64,000 bases of DNA, taken from assembly GCF_009914755.1 (NCBI RefSeq), contig NC_060937.1; one strand, written 5' to 3'. This DNA is from the human T2T-CHM13v2.0 reference genome, Homo sapiens. A model generated the notes under the pieces. That model saw only the letters and a program-made list of their open reading frames with translations, had not been told where the DNA came from and made no database searches. The position numbers and the translations under genes are program-made. Within the stretch, counting starts at the first letter, position 1. Each line of letters opens with the position of its first letter. Of the stretch, positions 42,599 to 63,470 are shown in pieces.

Positions 42599-44454
42599 TT
42601 TTTCTTTTTCTTTTTTTTTGACAGGGTCTTGCTCTGTCACCCATGCTGGAGTACAGTGGCTCGATCAGGGCTCATTGCAGCCTGGCACTGCCCGGCTTAA
42701 GCAATCCTCCCATCTCAGCCTCCTGTAGTCAGGAGCCAGTATGCTTGGCTAATTTTTTAAAAAATTTTTTTGTAGAGATGGGCTCTCACTGTAACCCAGG
42801 CTGGTCTCAAACTCCGGAGGCCAAGCCATCCTCCTGCCTCAGCCTCCTAAAATGCTAGGATTACAGACATGAGCTAGGGTGCCTGGCCTTAAATTTGTTA
42901 TAAAATAAAATGAACATGAAAAATCCTTGGCCTTGCCAATGATCACGAGACCAGCCTGGACAATGTGGTGAAACCTCATCTCTACTAAACATACAAAAAA
43001 AAAAAAAAAAAATAGCCAGGCGTGGTGGCACACACCTATATAGTCCCAGCTACTAGGGAGGCTGAGGCAGAAGAATGACTTGAACCTGGGAGGCGGAGGT
43101 TGCAGTGAGTCAAGATCACGCAGCAGAGCAAGTCTCCATCAAAAACAAAACAAAACAAAGAAACACTGATAAAATAAAGAGCATTTTACAACTATTGTTA
43201 GCACCAAAATAAAATAAAAAATTATAAAGATAGGCCGGGCGTGGTGGCTCACGCCTGTAATCCCAACACTTTGGGAAGCCGAGGCGGGCAGATCACAAAG
43301 TTAGGAGATCGAGACCATCCTGGCTAACATGGTGAAACCCTGTCTCTACTAAAAATATAAAAAATTAGCCGGGAGTGGTAGCATGCGCCTGTAGCCCCAG
43401 CTACTCAGGAGGCTGAGGCAGGAGAATCACTTCAACCCAGGAGGTGGAGGTTGCAATGAGCCGAGATTGCACCACTGTACTCCAGCCTGGGTGACAGAGC
43501 AAGACTCTGTCATAATAATAATAATAATAATAATAAAGATAAATGTGCTGGTAAAACTATTCTTGGTCATGTATAAACCAAAAATATTCAGGGGTGAATA
43601 TTTATTATCAAAAGTTATTAAGTTTTTTTTATCCCGATTTAATGATTTTACTTCTTGAAATTTATCCTCAGGCTAAAATAATTCAGTTTTAAAAAACTGA
43701 TTTCCATAATGATGTCTGTCAGATTTAGGTATAATATATCAGCCCCTCAAATAGGAAAGTGTGGGATGGGAGTTAGAGGCCACATGGCCACTACTAAACT
43801 ATAATTATAATTAATATAGTCCTTAGAATACACTTACCACAGCCAGAAATAATACTTTCTATAAGTAAAACTCTAACAAATCTACCACTGTTCTAGATGG
43901 TATGTAGCAAAAATAAGCAAAAACAAAACAGGCAACTTTCAATAGTGTAAACAACATGAAAAAATGCTGATTGTATAAAATGTTATGTCTCTTATTAACT
44001 ATGTACACAAATCAGTTATGCCTATGAACAAGGGCTTGATTAGAACATGAAAAAAATTAAAGTATGACTTAATTTTATGTTGAAAGAACAGTAATTTCGA
44101 TTTGTTAAAGAGAGCATGACAATAAGATGCTTACACATGTATCAGACTCCATTAAAACAAAACTGCCTGTACTATCTAGCTACATAATTGTGGACAGATC
44201 ACAAAAATTCTCCAGATCACAGTTGTGTCCAATAAAATGGCAAGATAAGAATATACAAGCTAATCCCAAAGTTCCTTTTATCTGTAAAATTCCAGGATTT
44301 TGAGGAATGTTTGCTAAAATAAGACTTTTGTCACAATGGAGATAGGTGAACAGAGGTAAGCACATTCCACAGAAACTTAATATACTCAAAGTTCCCTATT
44401 AGTACACACACATGGCATGGTTTCAGGGGTCCTGGATCCTATATTTCTATTCAT

Positions 44455-45425
<971 letters not shown>

Positions 45426-45507
45426 CTGGTTCTACTTTGCTGTCTGCTATGTATAATCTGGACAAATATGCCCATCTTTTAAAAAATTAACTAACTAATT
45501 AATTAAC

Positions 45508-49306
<3,799 letters not shown>

Positions 49307-50662
49307 TCACTTTCTGCCTCAGCTTATCATGTGTGAGGAAAAAAAAAAAAAATCACAGCAAGCAAGGTGGTGGGCCAGAGCCTGCAAGAGGCTGGGACAG
49401 CTGTCATTAGTGAGCAGAGAAAGAAGACCAGGCCCAAGACACACATGCAGCTCTAACAGGTGGCCACTCTCTGGCCCTGGTCCCCAGCGCCCACTGTGTA
49501 CATCCCTTAAAAAAGTGAGCAGACAGCCAGCTTAGCCCTGCGGAGACTCGTTGTGGCACCTAAGTTATATGCTATGATGAGACTGAGTTTATAAAGGACT
49601 AACTTGTGCCACAATTGAGCATTAATAGCCAAAAAATAAGCCAGATCATCAGAGCTGAAGCATGAACAGATTAAATGTGACTCCGGAAGAGCAGACTTTT
49701 TCTGTTTGGGCTCCAAGCCACTCCTGGCTCCTGAAATTAAGTAGGCTGAATATGTGTGAAGACTCTGCTCTTCACTTCCAGACAAAGGCTGCCTGGAAAA
49801 TTCTGCCGCTGTCTCCATCAAAAAGATCCACTTACTCGACAATGGCACATAGGCGTGCCTCACTGCACACACCTGTCTCCGACTGTGGGGCTTTAGGAGA
49901 GTAGCTGTGTGTGTTTGGGACTTTTTAAGAGAGTAGCTGTGCATGTTTGGGGGTTCTGGGGCTCTCCGTGCCTCCCACAGCTCGCTCTGCTGGGGACAGG
50001 CAGCCCGTGAGTGCCCAGGGAAAGGGACATTTGGATGCAGACTGAACAGAGCTTGCTTCCCTGTGGTTATTTTTTAAATGCTGTCAAGTAGGTTGGAAGA
50101 TCTGGCAAATTATACGTTCACCCAAGAAGGAAGACAGTAATCTGCTACTTTCACAAAGTGCCCTCAAAGAGTCACTGACAAGGTAATTCGGTAAAGTATA
50201 CAAATATTTTAGTTATGAAGTATGGTAGCAAAAACTGAAATTCCCTGGCTATGCAGTTTTTATGTATTTTTCTGAAAAAGTTACAGTGTAACTTTGAAAT
50301 ATATACATATTATGGGTTTAATTTTTAAGTTATATTTCCAAAGGCTCAGAATCTCTGTAACAAGTTTCCATTTTCCAACAATGCTTTAAAATCCAACCAT
50401 TTTGTTTAAAACTTGGCTGTTACCCTACCAGTTGGAATTTCTTCTTTTAGTCCATGTTTCTGACAGTGGAATGTCAGGACATGCATCCTCCATACTGATT
50501 ATAAACCAACAGGCATTTTCTTTCTAAATGCCAAAAATTGTGTCTACAGACCACAGCCTGTTTTCCAGGCACTGAGAAGATATAAGGAGGCTCGGCCAAT
50601 AATCAGGTTTCTTCCAATCAGAGCCAAGGATAAGGGAAGGAGTAGTTAGTCGTAGGGGATGG

Positions 50663-50819
50663 ATATATATATATATAGTATATATATACTATATATATAC
50701 TATATATATATATACTATATATATAGTATATATATATAGTATATATATAGTATATATATAGTATATATATATAGTATATATATATAGTATATATATATAT
50801 AGTATATATATATATAGTA

Positions 50820-50841
<22 letters not shown>
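50663..50841. repeat. ~180-bp interrupted (TA)n microsatellite abutting an Alu poly(T)
   Basis: (TA)n runs punctuated by single C or G. Confidence 0.95.
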
Positions 50842-50859
<18 letters not shown>

Positions 50860-50865
50860 TTTTGA

Positions 50866-50970
<105 letters not shown>

Positions 50971-52964
50971 TGAGTAGCTGGAATTACAGATGCGAATCAT
51001 CACAACCGACTAATTTTTGTATTTTTAGTAGAGACAGGGTTTGCCATGTTGTCCAGGCTGGTCTCAAACTCCTGACCTCAAGTGATCCACCGACCTCAGC
51101 CTCCCAAAGTGTTGGGATCACAGGCGTGAGCCACCGTACCCAGCCCTGACTTCTGTTTTAAAAGGCCCACTCTGGCTCCACCGTGGGGAGCCAGGTATGA
51201 GGGCAGAGGTGGACGAGGAGCTGACAGGCCAGTAGGATGGCACAGAGGCGCAGTGGTGCTCGCTGCTGCATTGCCAGCTACTACTGTAGGACAGACACTC
51301 GGGCACCGCATCCAGGGGTGGGCGGCTCTCCTGGGACTCCTGCTGGGGTTCTCAAGAGGCACCCCCTGCTCTCACAGGACCTCTTTGGCTCCTGCTGCTC
51401 CAGACTACAGCCTTGGGCGTGGGGTGGGGTGGGGTCTCCTCAGTGGGGAGGGGCAGCCCGCTGGGTGGTGTTGTTAGAATGACTTCAGACTGAGACACAA
51501 ACAGCCAGGAGCCATGCGTGTGGTCCCTCCTTCTCATAATAACGCTAAATGTAGGTATTTATGTTTCACCAAACCAGGAGACTGGTTTGGTCTCCTGAAC
51601 ATTATGAACATTTATGAACATTTCCCAAGTTCATAAAGGCAGTGGTAAAGTCTGAATTCAAAACTTAAATAGTCACAAGAAGTCCAATGTCACCAGCAAT
51701 CATAGAACTTCACTGAAAAAATAAGAGAGCACTTCACACCCATTAGATTGACAAATACTTTAAATATCTGACAACAGCAAGTGTTGGCAAAGTTAGAGAG
51801 ATGCTGCATTTTGATAAACTGAGGAAAGGTGTGTAAATTGGTACAATCACACAGGAGAATATTTTGACCATATCTAGTAAAGTTAAAGATGCTGAAATCC
51901 TACAACCAAGATTCCACTTCCACCCCCTAGATAAGTTCCCCACCTTTGCAAGAGGAGACATAAAAAAGAATACTCACTGTACTTATGTCTGTAGGGGAAA
52001 ACTGGAAACTATCTAAATGTCCATCACCAGGAAATCACAAAACCCATAATGAATGAAAAAAGCACGTTGCAAAATCACGTTGTATAGTGTTTTAACAGTA
52101 CAACAAGGCCCAGGTTGTTCGTCCCACTGCCCATGCTCTTTCTTCACAGTCTTGCCCCCTTGTCCTGCCAGCGATTTGGGCCAGAACTGAGTGCATATTC
52201 ACTGTGTCTGGCAAATAGGAACCGCTCAGTCACGTGTGGTGAGTGATGAATGAACAAACGAACAAATGAATGAATGAATAAAGAAGCAAATGTGCAAAGG
52301 TACAGCTCTTTTGTGCCTTGGCTCCCCCACCACGTGGTCAGCTCTTGGAAGGCAGGAGCAAGCATGCTGCACATTCAACCCGGAGCCTTGGAGCACTTTG
52401 CAAAGTGCTGAACAGCCATCTCTCCCCGACACCTGCTCCTCTCCTCTCCTCTCAGAAGCTTTGCAGAAACTATTCCTGCAAACTGGTTCCAATTTGCTGC
52501 TGGATCATTGGTCCCAAACAATTCCCATACTCTTTGGGCCCAGCAAGTCATGTCTGGGAATTTATACTTATCCTAAGGGTAAGCTAAAACAATTAACAGA
52601 CTGTTAAGTAAAAACACAACAACAAAAATGTAGGTAACAAACACATATATGTGGGATTTCCAGGTATATGTGGTGCATTAGCCACACCAAATCACTCTTA
52701 CTATTCTTAATTTTTCATCATAGCTGTTACATAACAATCACAGCATAAGAAGAAAATTCAATACCTTTTAAAATACAGAAACCAGATGGAGGAACAGCTG
52801 CTACCTCCACATAACAGACGACAATACACCAAGTACATGCTGTGAGCCCACAGGGCAGTGAGGATGAGGTATGGGTGGAAAAAGAGGCCTCCCTGGAGGT
52901 CTATATGAGATCACCTGGGTCCTTAGGTGTCCCCAGGCCCCCGCCCCAACACCAAATCAGACTA

Positions 52965-53282
<318 letters not shown>

Positions 53283-53708
53283 TCAAACAAACAAACAAAC
53301 AAACAAACAAACAAACAAAAAACCCACAAAGGAATAACACAGAGAGTTAAGTGAGCATGGAAGTACTAAATCAACCACACTGGCTTCAACTCTCCTCCCC
53401 TGCCAACCCCCACACACCCTGCAGATCTGAAGATCTCTTCTGGTAAAACCGAAAGGCCCCAGGGACAAACCCCCAGTCCTCCACCTGGTCACCCTACAGC
53501 AAAGCCCCCACTCTACAGGCCCCACCCTATAGTCCTTCCAATCAGCTTTTAGTACATCACTCCCAAACATGAAGAGCCAAGAGTGCTGAATATTCAAGGA
53601 AGTTTTCCAAACAAAGCCGGAACAAACAAACAAAAAATCAAATAGTGCAAATAACATGACTGTGTTTTCATAAAATTACATCAGTAAAAAAAGCACTGTC
53701 AAAGACAC

Positions 53709-54157
53709 TGTGAACTCTGGAAGAGCCAATCCCTCAAGATGAATCCTGAGCAGCCAACTGGGCCTTAGTTGAAATTAGAACCAAGTGGCCATTTGCTGAC
53801 TAGTCGTCACACATGTACTTTGAATTCCTGGAAAACCCATACCTCTGCTTAACTTGGGGACTTTCATAGCTGCCTGTTCCTGTTTACCCTGCCTGAACCA
53901 ATCATAAGGTCTGACTTATGTTGACCAATCAGAGCTCAGCAAACATCAACCAATCAGAACTAAGCAAGTTTGACTCCTTCATTTGCATAAATGGACCTGA
54001 GTGAGAACATGGACAGAAACTTTATAAAACACAAACACTCCTTAGATTCTCTGGAATGTACCTTCAGTTTACATTGAAGGCTGCAGCTCCCTGGTTTGCA
54101 AACTGCTCATTGGAGTAAAGTCTTTTTAAATTCCTTTCCAGAAAACTTTTGTTCACA
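53709..54157 (+). mobile_element. ERV1-class solo LTR (MER31/MER67-like), apparently complete
   Basis: Termini tgtgaac...gttcaca; three CCAAT boxes, octamer, TATA (54023) and agtaaa poly(A)-like signal (54114). Confidence 0.75.
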
Positions 54158-54822
54158 CATATATCAACATGGTAATGGTAGCTACCTCATAGTGATGGTG
54201 GCATGTTGATTTTTGCAGAAATGCATGCCAATTAACCATCAAATCATCTTATATCAGGACCATGGCCGTTTCTACCTCCTCTCATCTCTTTCTTGGCAGT
54301 ATTTTGAAATACCTGCTTTTCCTCACTTGTCCTGAATCAAAAACTGAAACTAGCTACTAAAGAAGGTGAGTATGTATCAACTTCTGGATGAAAGTTGGGA
54401 TCCGCAGGTCCCCTCCACCCAATCCACAGGCCTTAGACCTCCATGAAATCTGGACTCTGATACTTTGCTACAAATGATCTAGACATATATTTCTCATGCT
54501 AGGAAACTCCTGTTTTTAAACTGGTCACTGTACCCACAAGTGGCAGAGAGCTAGGAAACTAAAAAGCAGAAAATATACTTTACAGTTCCTCAGGTCCAGC
54601 AACACTTTCTCTGAGAAAATGGTAATTTTGCATGGCTGAGTGACACCATGTGATGGATGACTGAACAGTGTTCTCATCACATGCTACTGGTGGAGACTTT
54701 GCCTTGGCCTAGGAATTTAAAAAATCTATTCTGCTTCTTTCCTGACTCTGGAAAATATAGGGGCAAAATACCAGCTGGCTGTTGTAGACTTAACAGAGTT
54801 TCAAAAATGATAGAATGTATTA

Positions 54823-55633
54823 ATACAGTCATGCATTCCTTAAATATGGGGATATCTTTTGAGAAATTCATCATTAGGTGATTTCGTTGTTGTGTGAACA
54901 TCATAGAGTGTACTTACACAAACCTAGATGCTACAGCCCACTACACACCTAGGCTAGATGGTATAGCATATTGTTCCTGGCTACAAACCAGTACAGTCCG
55001 CACTTAACATCATCATTATGTTCTTGGAAACCTGCAAGTTTAAGCAAAATGATGTCTAACAAAACCAATTTTACCATACAGAGGGAGAATGTGCAAACTC
55101 CACACAGTGGCCCTGGCCAGGAATCATTTTTTTTTCTCATCAACGCTATAACAAAATGATCTTAAATGAAGCATGTTATTCAAACACCTGTTGCACAGCC
55201 TGAGATTGTAGTGAATACTGTAGGCAACTGTAACAGAATAGTGTTTATCTAAACATCTCTAAACATAGAAAAGATAATGTAAAAATATCATATAAAAGAT
55301 TTAAAAAAATGCATATCTATATAGGACACTTAACATGAATGGAGCCTGTAGGGACTGGAAGTTGTGGAGGGTGAGTGAGTGAGTGAGTGGTGAGGGAATG
55401 TCAAGGCCTAGGACATTACTGGACACTTTAAAAGACCAGCAGTGCCCAGTGCTGTAGGTTTGTTTACACCAACATAAACCACACATGCGTAAGTAAGAGT
55501 TGGACTATGAAGTTACAGCTACAAAGCCATTAGCTAATAGGAATTTTCCAGCTCCATCACAATCTCATGGGACCATCATCATACATGTGGCCCGTGGTTG
55601 CCTGAAACATCGTTATGCGGCACTTGACTGTAT
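54823..55633 (+). mobile_element. Tigger3-like DNA transposon with nested MER82-like element (~54993-55193)
   Basis: ta-cagtcatgc...cacttgactg-ta termini; gtgtgaacatcatagagtgtacttacacaaacctagatg; insert ggagaatgtgcaaactccacac. Confidence 0.75.
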
Positions 55634-56764
55634 TTATTACCAGGTGTTTCATTCACTAGGACCTTTTCTAGTCAAATTTTCTACCTAGTAGTGTTCCTAT
55701 CTTATGATTCTTTTCTCCTAGAAAATGCTATTCATGGCTTTGTTGGATGGTAAACAAGTATGGTATAAGCGCTTTGCAGATTTTTTAAGGGAACGAGCAG
55801 AAAGAGAGGAAGATGGAATGAACAGCGCTAGCACAGGGCGGGAGCTGTGCGAGAAGCTGTGGGTGATTGGGTGAATCACACACCCCCCCACCTCCTAGGA
55901 AATAAGGGTTCCTAACCACATTTCAAAGATGAACAAACTGAGGCTAAAATAGATTAGCTTTTTACCTAAAGTTACAAAGATAACATGGATGAAAGAGGAG
56001 AGGTAAGGAGGTGGGAAGAGAAAATGCTCCAAGTACTTGTTTCTATTGCAAAGCAATTAGTTAAGGTATTGAGACCTTTTCCAACTCAGTAACTTCATGG
56101 TCTCTGATGTAATATTTCCTTCATTCAGTGCTGAGGAATACCAAGCAGTGTAAGGCTCTGTTCTAAGCACTGGGGATGCAGTGGTGACAGAGCAGATGAA
56201 CATCCCTGTGCTCATGGGCATGCCACCCTGGTGCTGGGGTAGGTTCTTGTATATGAAGGTTCTCATGTGCTTGCCTGCTTAGGTGAGTTAGGCCCATCCG
56301 CTATGGTGACCATGAAGCAGGCTGCCTCCCAGGTTACCAACAGCTGCTCACCAGTTACAGCCTTGCATGTTCTGCCCAATTGGACCTGACAGCTGTCCTG
56401 GCTCAGTACTTATCCTGGCTCGATGCCTAATAATAATCTCATTTCTTGGACTATGACTAATGTGCATGAGGGAATATTAATGATTATACCTTATAAAAGT
56501 AAAAATTAGTGTTTGCTGATTCCAGAGTCTGTGGAAAAAGTCCAATTTTCTGTAGAGAAGATCCAAACGGCCAGGAAAGGCAATGGTAGGGTTACTTGGA
56601 AGGCTGCACACAGCAAGGTAGAAAGTCCTGGCCTTTGTTTAAAGGGCTTGACAGAGTTCCATGTTATCTACATCCCTTTCCCGTTTATGTTGGAACGTTC
56701 TCTTTATTTACTCTCTGAAATGTCCTTTTTCTTGTCCTCCCAATAAATTTGTACAGATCACTTA

Positions 56765-57418
<654 letters not shown>

Positions 57419-58722
57419 CTAAACCACATCTCAATACAGAGACACATGAGCCAAAGACAGCCCTGACAACCAGGGTCAACAAACCAAAGGACCCACTCCT
57501 CACTGCCACCGTGGTTTGGCTTAGCTGATCCTGAAGTATGAATAAAGCACGGCCTTGGCTAAGGAACTGCCATAAAGGAAGTATTTCTGAGTGAAATGTA
57601 TATGCTAGATAATATTTTTTTAGAAAACTACACACCAGGAAGGTTTTATGGCAATGCTGAGGATGGATGCTAGGAGGACATGAGAAGGAACGACGCTGAC
57701 CATCCATGCAGCAACTGAAACAAGCTCTGCTGATTTCACTGAAGTGGAAAAATCTGTTTATGCAGCCAGCACTGCTGCCATCAGCCTGAAAGTCCAATGT
57801 GAGCAACAAAAATAAACATCACAGGGTCAAGGAAAGAAGAAATATGATACCTTTTTAAAAAAGAATGTTTGTTGAGTGGTTTAAGTTTACAGATTCAACC
57901 AAATGGAAACTCCTTTCTCAAAACTCACAAATACCATGCAACCTTCTTTTTCCAGCTGGGATGATTTAAACTATTCTAAGATCTTGTCTGCTTTATGACA
58001 CGTTAGTTTTGAAAGGAGGTACTGACAGCATGTTTGTTGGCAGGTTGATGAGCCTCAACTGTGAGCTCCGGGAGGGCAGGCCAGGCCTAGTGCGCTCACC
58101 GCCGTATCCCTGGGGTCCAACACATGGCCTGGCACTGCTGGCACTCACGTGTGGGCTGAGGCAATGACTAACACTGATACAGAATTCTTCTTGAGTGTCA
58201 CATGCACAGTGTTCCAGGGAAACTGTATAACTCTCTTGGTCCAGTAATATTTAGATTCCTATTGAAATGAGCTATCCTGTACTTTCTCATGAATGGTTAG
58301 ATACACATTTTCTTACTCTTCTTCCATCATCAAATCTTTTTTTCTGAAGGGTTCTGCCATCAGCCTCTGGTGTGAGTGGGATTTGGGCTGTTTTGTTGTG
58401 ACTGTCAGGATCCTGCCCTGGAAGAAGGCTCACACTGCAGACACACGAAGGACCAGGACCCTAGTGGGGACTGGACATCATACTCCCTTGTGGCACAATT
58501 TCTGCTGTGTATTTAAAGACATGTCCAATACATAGTTAAGAACAGCTAACTGTATAATTATCCATACTACACACACTGATTCACCACAAAACCCAAGGAA
58601 AACTTACTCATAAACTTGTCATAAGAAGATAAGCAAAATAATTTGGCTTCACTAATGCCCAACTTTTAAAAGTTTCCTAGGTAGTTGTTTTAAATAGGAT
58701 TTGGGGAACTGTGAAAAATTAA

Positions 58723-58974
<252 letters not shown>

Positions 58975-59398
58975 TAGACATGGGGTTTCACCATGTTGGT
59001 CAGGCTGGTCTTGAACTCCTGACCTCAGGTGATTTGCCCACCTCGGCCTCCCAAAGTGTTGGGATTACAGGCGTGAACCACCACGCTTGGCCTATTTTTT
59101 TGAGACAGACTCTCACTCTGTCACTCAGGCTGGAGTGCAGTGGTATGATCTCGGCTCACTGCAACCTCCGCCTCCTGGGTTCAAGCGATTCTCTCACCTC
59201 AGTCTCCCGAGTAGCTGAGATTATAGGCACTCGCCATCATGCCCAGCTAATTTTTATTTTTGTAGAGACGGGGTTTCACCATGTTGGCCAGGCTGGTCTT
59301 GAACTCCTGACTTCAGGTGATTCACCTACCTTGGCCTCCCAAAGTGCTGGGATTACAGGCATGAGACAGCGTACCCGGCCTATTTTTATTTTTTTTGA

Positions 59399-59707
<309 letters not shown>

Positions 59708-60389
59708 TAAGAGACTTGATATGAAATTTCTTACACTTCACCCCAGCCAACCCCCAGGAAACAGCAGCTCTCTGCTGCAAATACCAAGGCGCCAAGAGCA
59801 GCCTCTCAGGCAACCCAGAGCAAAAACCAAGTGCTTTTCCAAACCAAGGGCAGGCAACTGATTTGTTAATTTCCCACTGTGAAATTCATCAGAAAACCTC
59901 TCACTAATAAAACTCCACACAACACCTGAACTAACTCTCTTTATCACGGCAGAGTCCTTAACTGCCTACCTTGTTCCTGTTGTTAAGTCCGGTTCCCCAA
60001 AGATAAGTAAAACCAACTTGCCCGATCCATGGCCATGCATCTGTTCTCAGACATAAGAGGGATTACAGCATCAAATCACTTATGAGAAAAAAACATTCAT
60101 AACAACTCCCACAGAGGAAAATATGGCAGAACCGGAAACAAATTCATCTTCATTAGTGCTTCTTACCCAGATTTCTAAGGACTGGGAAGCATCCCAGTGG
60201 TGGTTACTGGAGGTGACCAGCCATGAACAAAGCGCCTGGCACTTGAATGGCAGCCAGCACAGTGAAATAAAACGGACGATAGCCATTAATCATCCAACTG
60301 TGCAGAAAAAGTTAGCATTCTATCTAGAGCTGTGTTTTACTGATGTTTGGTAGTTTTTTTCTTTTGTACTATGACTCACAATTTCATAA

Positions 60390-60602
<213 letters not shown>

Positions 60603-60707
60603 TGATTATTTGATCTACTCAAGGATCTTACTGTGTAGTCTGAAAACCACTTCACTAAAAAATGCTTGGGTGTCATCAGCAACCAGTGCCTTCCCTTCAA
60701 AAGATGA

Positions 60708-60977
<270 letters not shown>

Positions 60978-62385
60978 TAAAGTGCTGGGATTACAGGCGT
61001 GAACCAGCATGTCCAGCCTGATTCATTTCTTCATACTAATAATGTGAGACTATCCCTTCAATTAGGTGCCATGGTTTTCTTTATATCCTCCAAATTTAAA
61101 GCTACCATATGGAAGTGGGAAATGTGAGGCCAATTTAGTTTCATTCTTCTGAATCAATGTCACTCAGCTTCAGTAACACGTAGGATCACTGGCTAGTTTT
61201 GATCTGAGACTTTTAGGTAGAATACATGTAAACTGACAGTTCAAGGAGGTCTCTAAAACCTAAGGCATTCCTTCAGGCAGGTGTAAAATACTTAGAATTC
61301 ACTTAGAAAGTAAACACTTAATTAAAAAATACTGTATGAAAATAAGTGAAGGCAAGTTTCCTTCAGACTTGGGACAGACCACACTACCCTACACAGGACA
61401 TTTGTGACGTGGGTGTTGGGCGAGGTATGTGGCAATACTGAGGGGCATGCTACTGTCCATCTGGCAAGATGAGGAGACAAGGCGTTGACATGGAAAAACA
61501 AAATTCTGCCCTGGGGCAGATGAAAAGTACTGCATGAGGCAGCTAGAGTTCAGAAGGGGAAGGGCTGGCTCCAGCTGGGTCCACCTGGCCTTTGATGAAA
61601 GGACAAGCAGGACCACCCTGGCAGACCACACCCTGCTTGCGCAGCAGGGCCAGGAAGACTGTGGTCGCTTCCCTGATGTCCTTCACCCAGGTGCCTGAGA
61701 GTGACATGCTGTTTCATACCAAGACTCTCCGAGCCTTCTTTTCTCAGAGTCCCTCTTTTTTTTTTGACACGTTGTCTTGCTTTGTCGCCCTGTCTGGAGT
61801 GCAGTGGCTCGATCACGGCTGACTGCAGCCTCCACCTCCTGGGTTCAAGTGATTCTCCTGCTTCAGCCTCCTGAGTATATAGGCATGCAGCACCATGCCC
61901 AGCTAATTTTTGTATTTTTAGTAGAGAAAGGGTTTCACCATTTTGGCCAGGCTGGTCTTGAACTCCCGACCTCAAATAATCCGCCTGCCTTGGCCTCCCC
62001 AAGTGCTGGGATTACAGGTGTGAGCCACTGTGCCTGGACCCGAGTCCCTCTTTACGACTAATTTTCCTTTCTAGTTTTCTGCAGCCACTCTCTCACGCCC
62101 CTGTCCTGTAAATGGCCCAGTAGCTCTGTACGTGGGAACCAGACATCCTAAGTTTGAATCCTGGACCAGCTGCTTTCTCCCTATGTGGTCTAAGGGAGTT
62201 CCCTAATTACTCTGTATTTCCATTTCCTCCCGTGTACCTAATTTTTAATACATCTTAAGCACGTAAGACAGTGCTTGTTACCTGGTAGGCACCCAGTAAA
62301 TGTTAGCTATTATATAGTCACAACATACAGCTGAAAGGTTTTAAAAAATGAACTGTACATATTAAATCACTTTGTATTCTCACTT

Positions 62386-63113
<728 letters not shown>

Positions 63114-63416
63114 CTAGAGAACAGGGAACACATTTTCATGCAAATGGCTCCCCACTTTACGAAAGTGGTTGAAGGAGAGTGGATGTACATCCTTTCCTTT
63201 CTAGACAGCTCCTAAAGTCAGTCAGTTCACATAAAATATACCTGAAAACACACCAATTCCCACTGTGACATAGGGAAGCCTGGCAAGATTCTTCATCAAA
63301 GCAAGGAGCTTCTGACGTGAGCAAGTCTAGCTCTCCACTACATCAGCCAAGTGAATATCTGAAAGTACACGCCCCCTTTCAGAGCTTGCACGAACAATTC
63401 TATTATTATCCTATTA

Positions 63417-63470
63417 TTTGCCATTAAAAGTAATGACAAAAACCTCAATTGCTTTTGCACCAACCTAATA
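63417..63470 (+). mobile_element. Partial MADE1 (Hsmar1-derived MITE), right TIR only
   Basis: tttgccattaaaagtaatgacaaaaacctcaattgcttttgcaccaacctaata matches the MADE1 centre and right arm. Confidence 0.85.

Larger units (their letters stand above)
33597..43537. mobile_element. Dispersed Alus: 33597-33789 -, 35891-36190 +, 37743-38000 +, 39509-39810 -, 41221-41500 +, 42599-42888 -, 42945-43160 +, 43233-43537 +; MIR fragment ~38100-38300
   Basis: Alu consensus motifs; MIR core gtttcctcatctgggaaataagg. Confidence 0.8.

Noticed and set aside
41568-42644. Several long overlapping ORFs (320, 228, 214, 201 aa)
   Set aside because: They are open on both strands across a GC-rich minisatellite, some start in Alu or U6 sequence, and none has a recognisable domain; low stop-codon density explains them.
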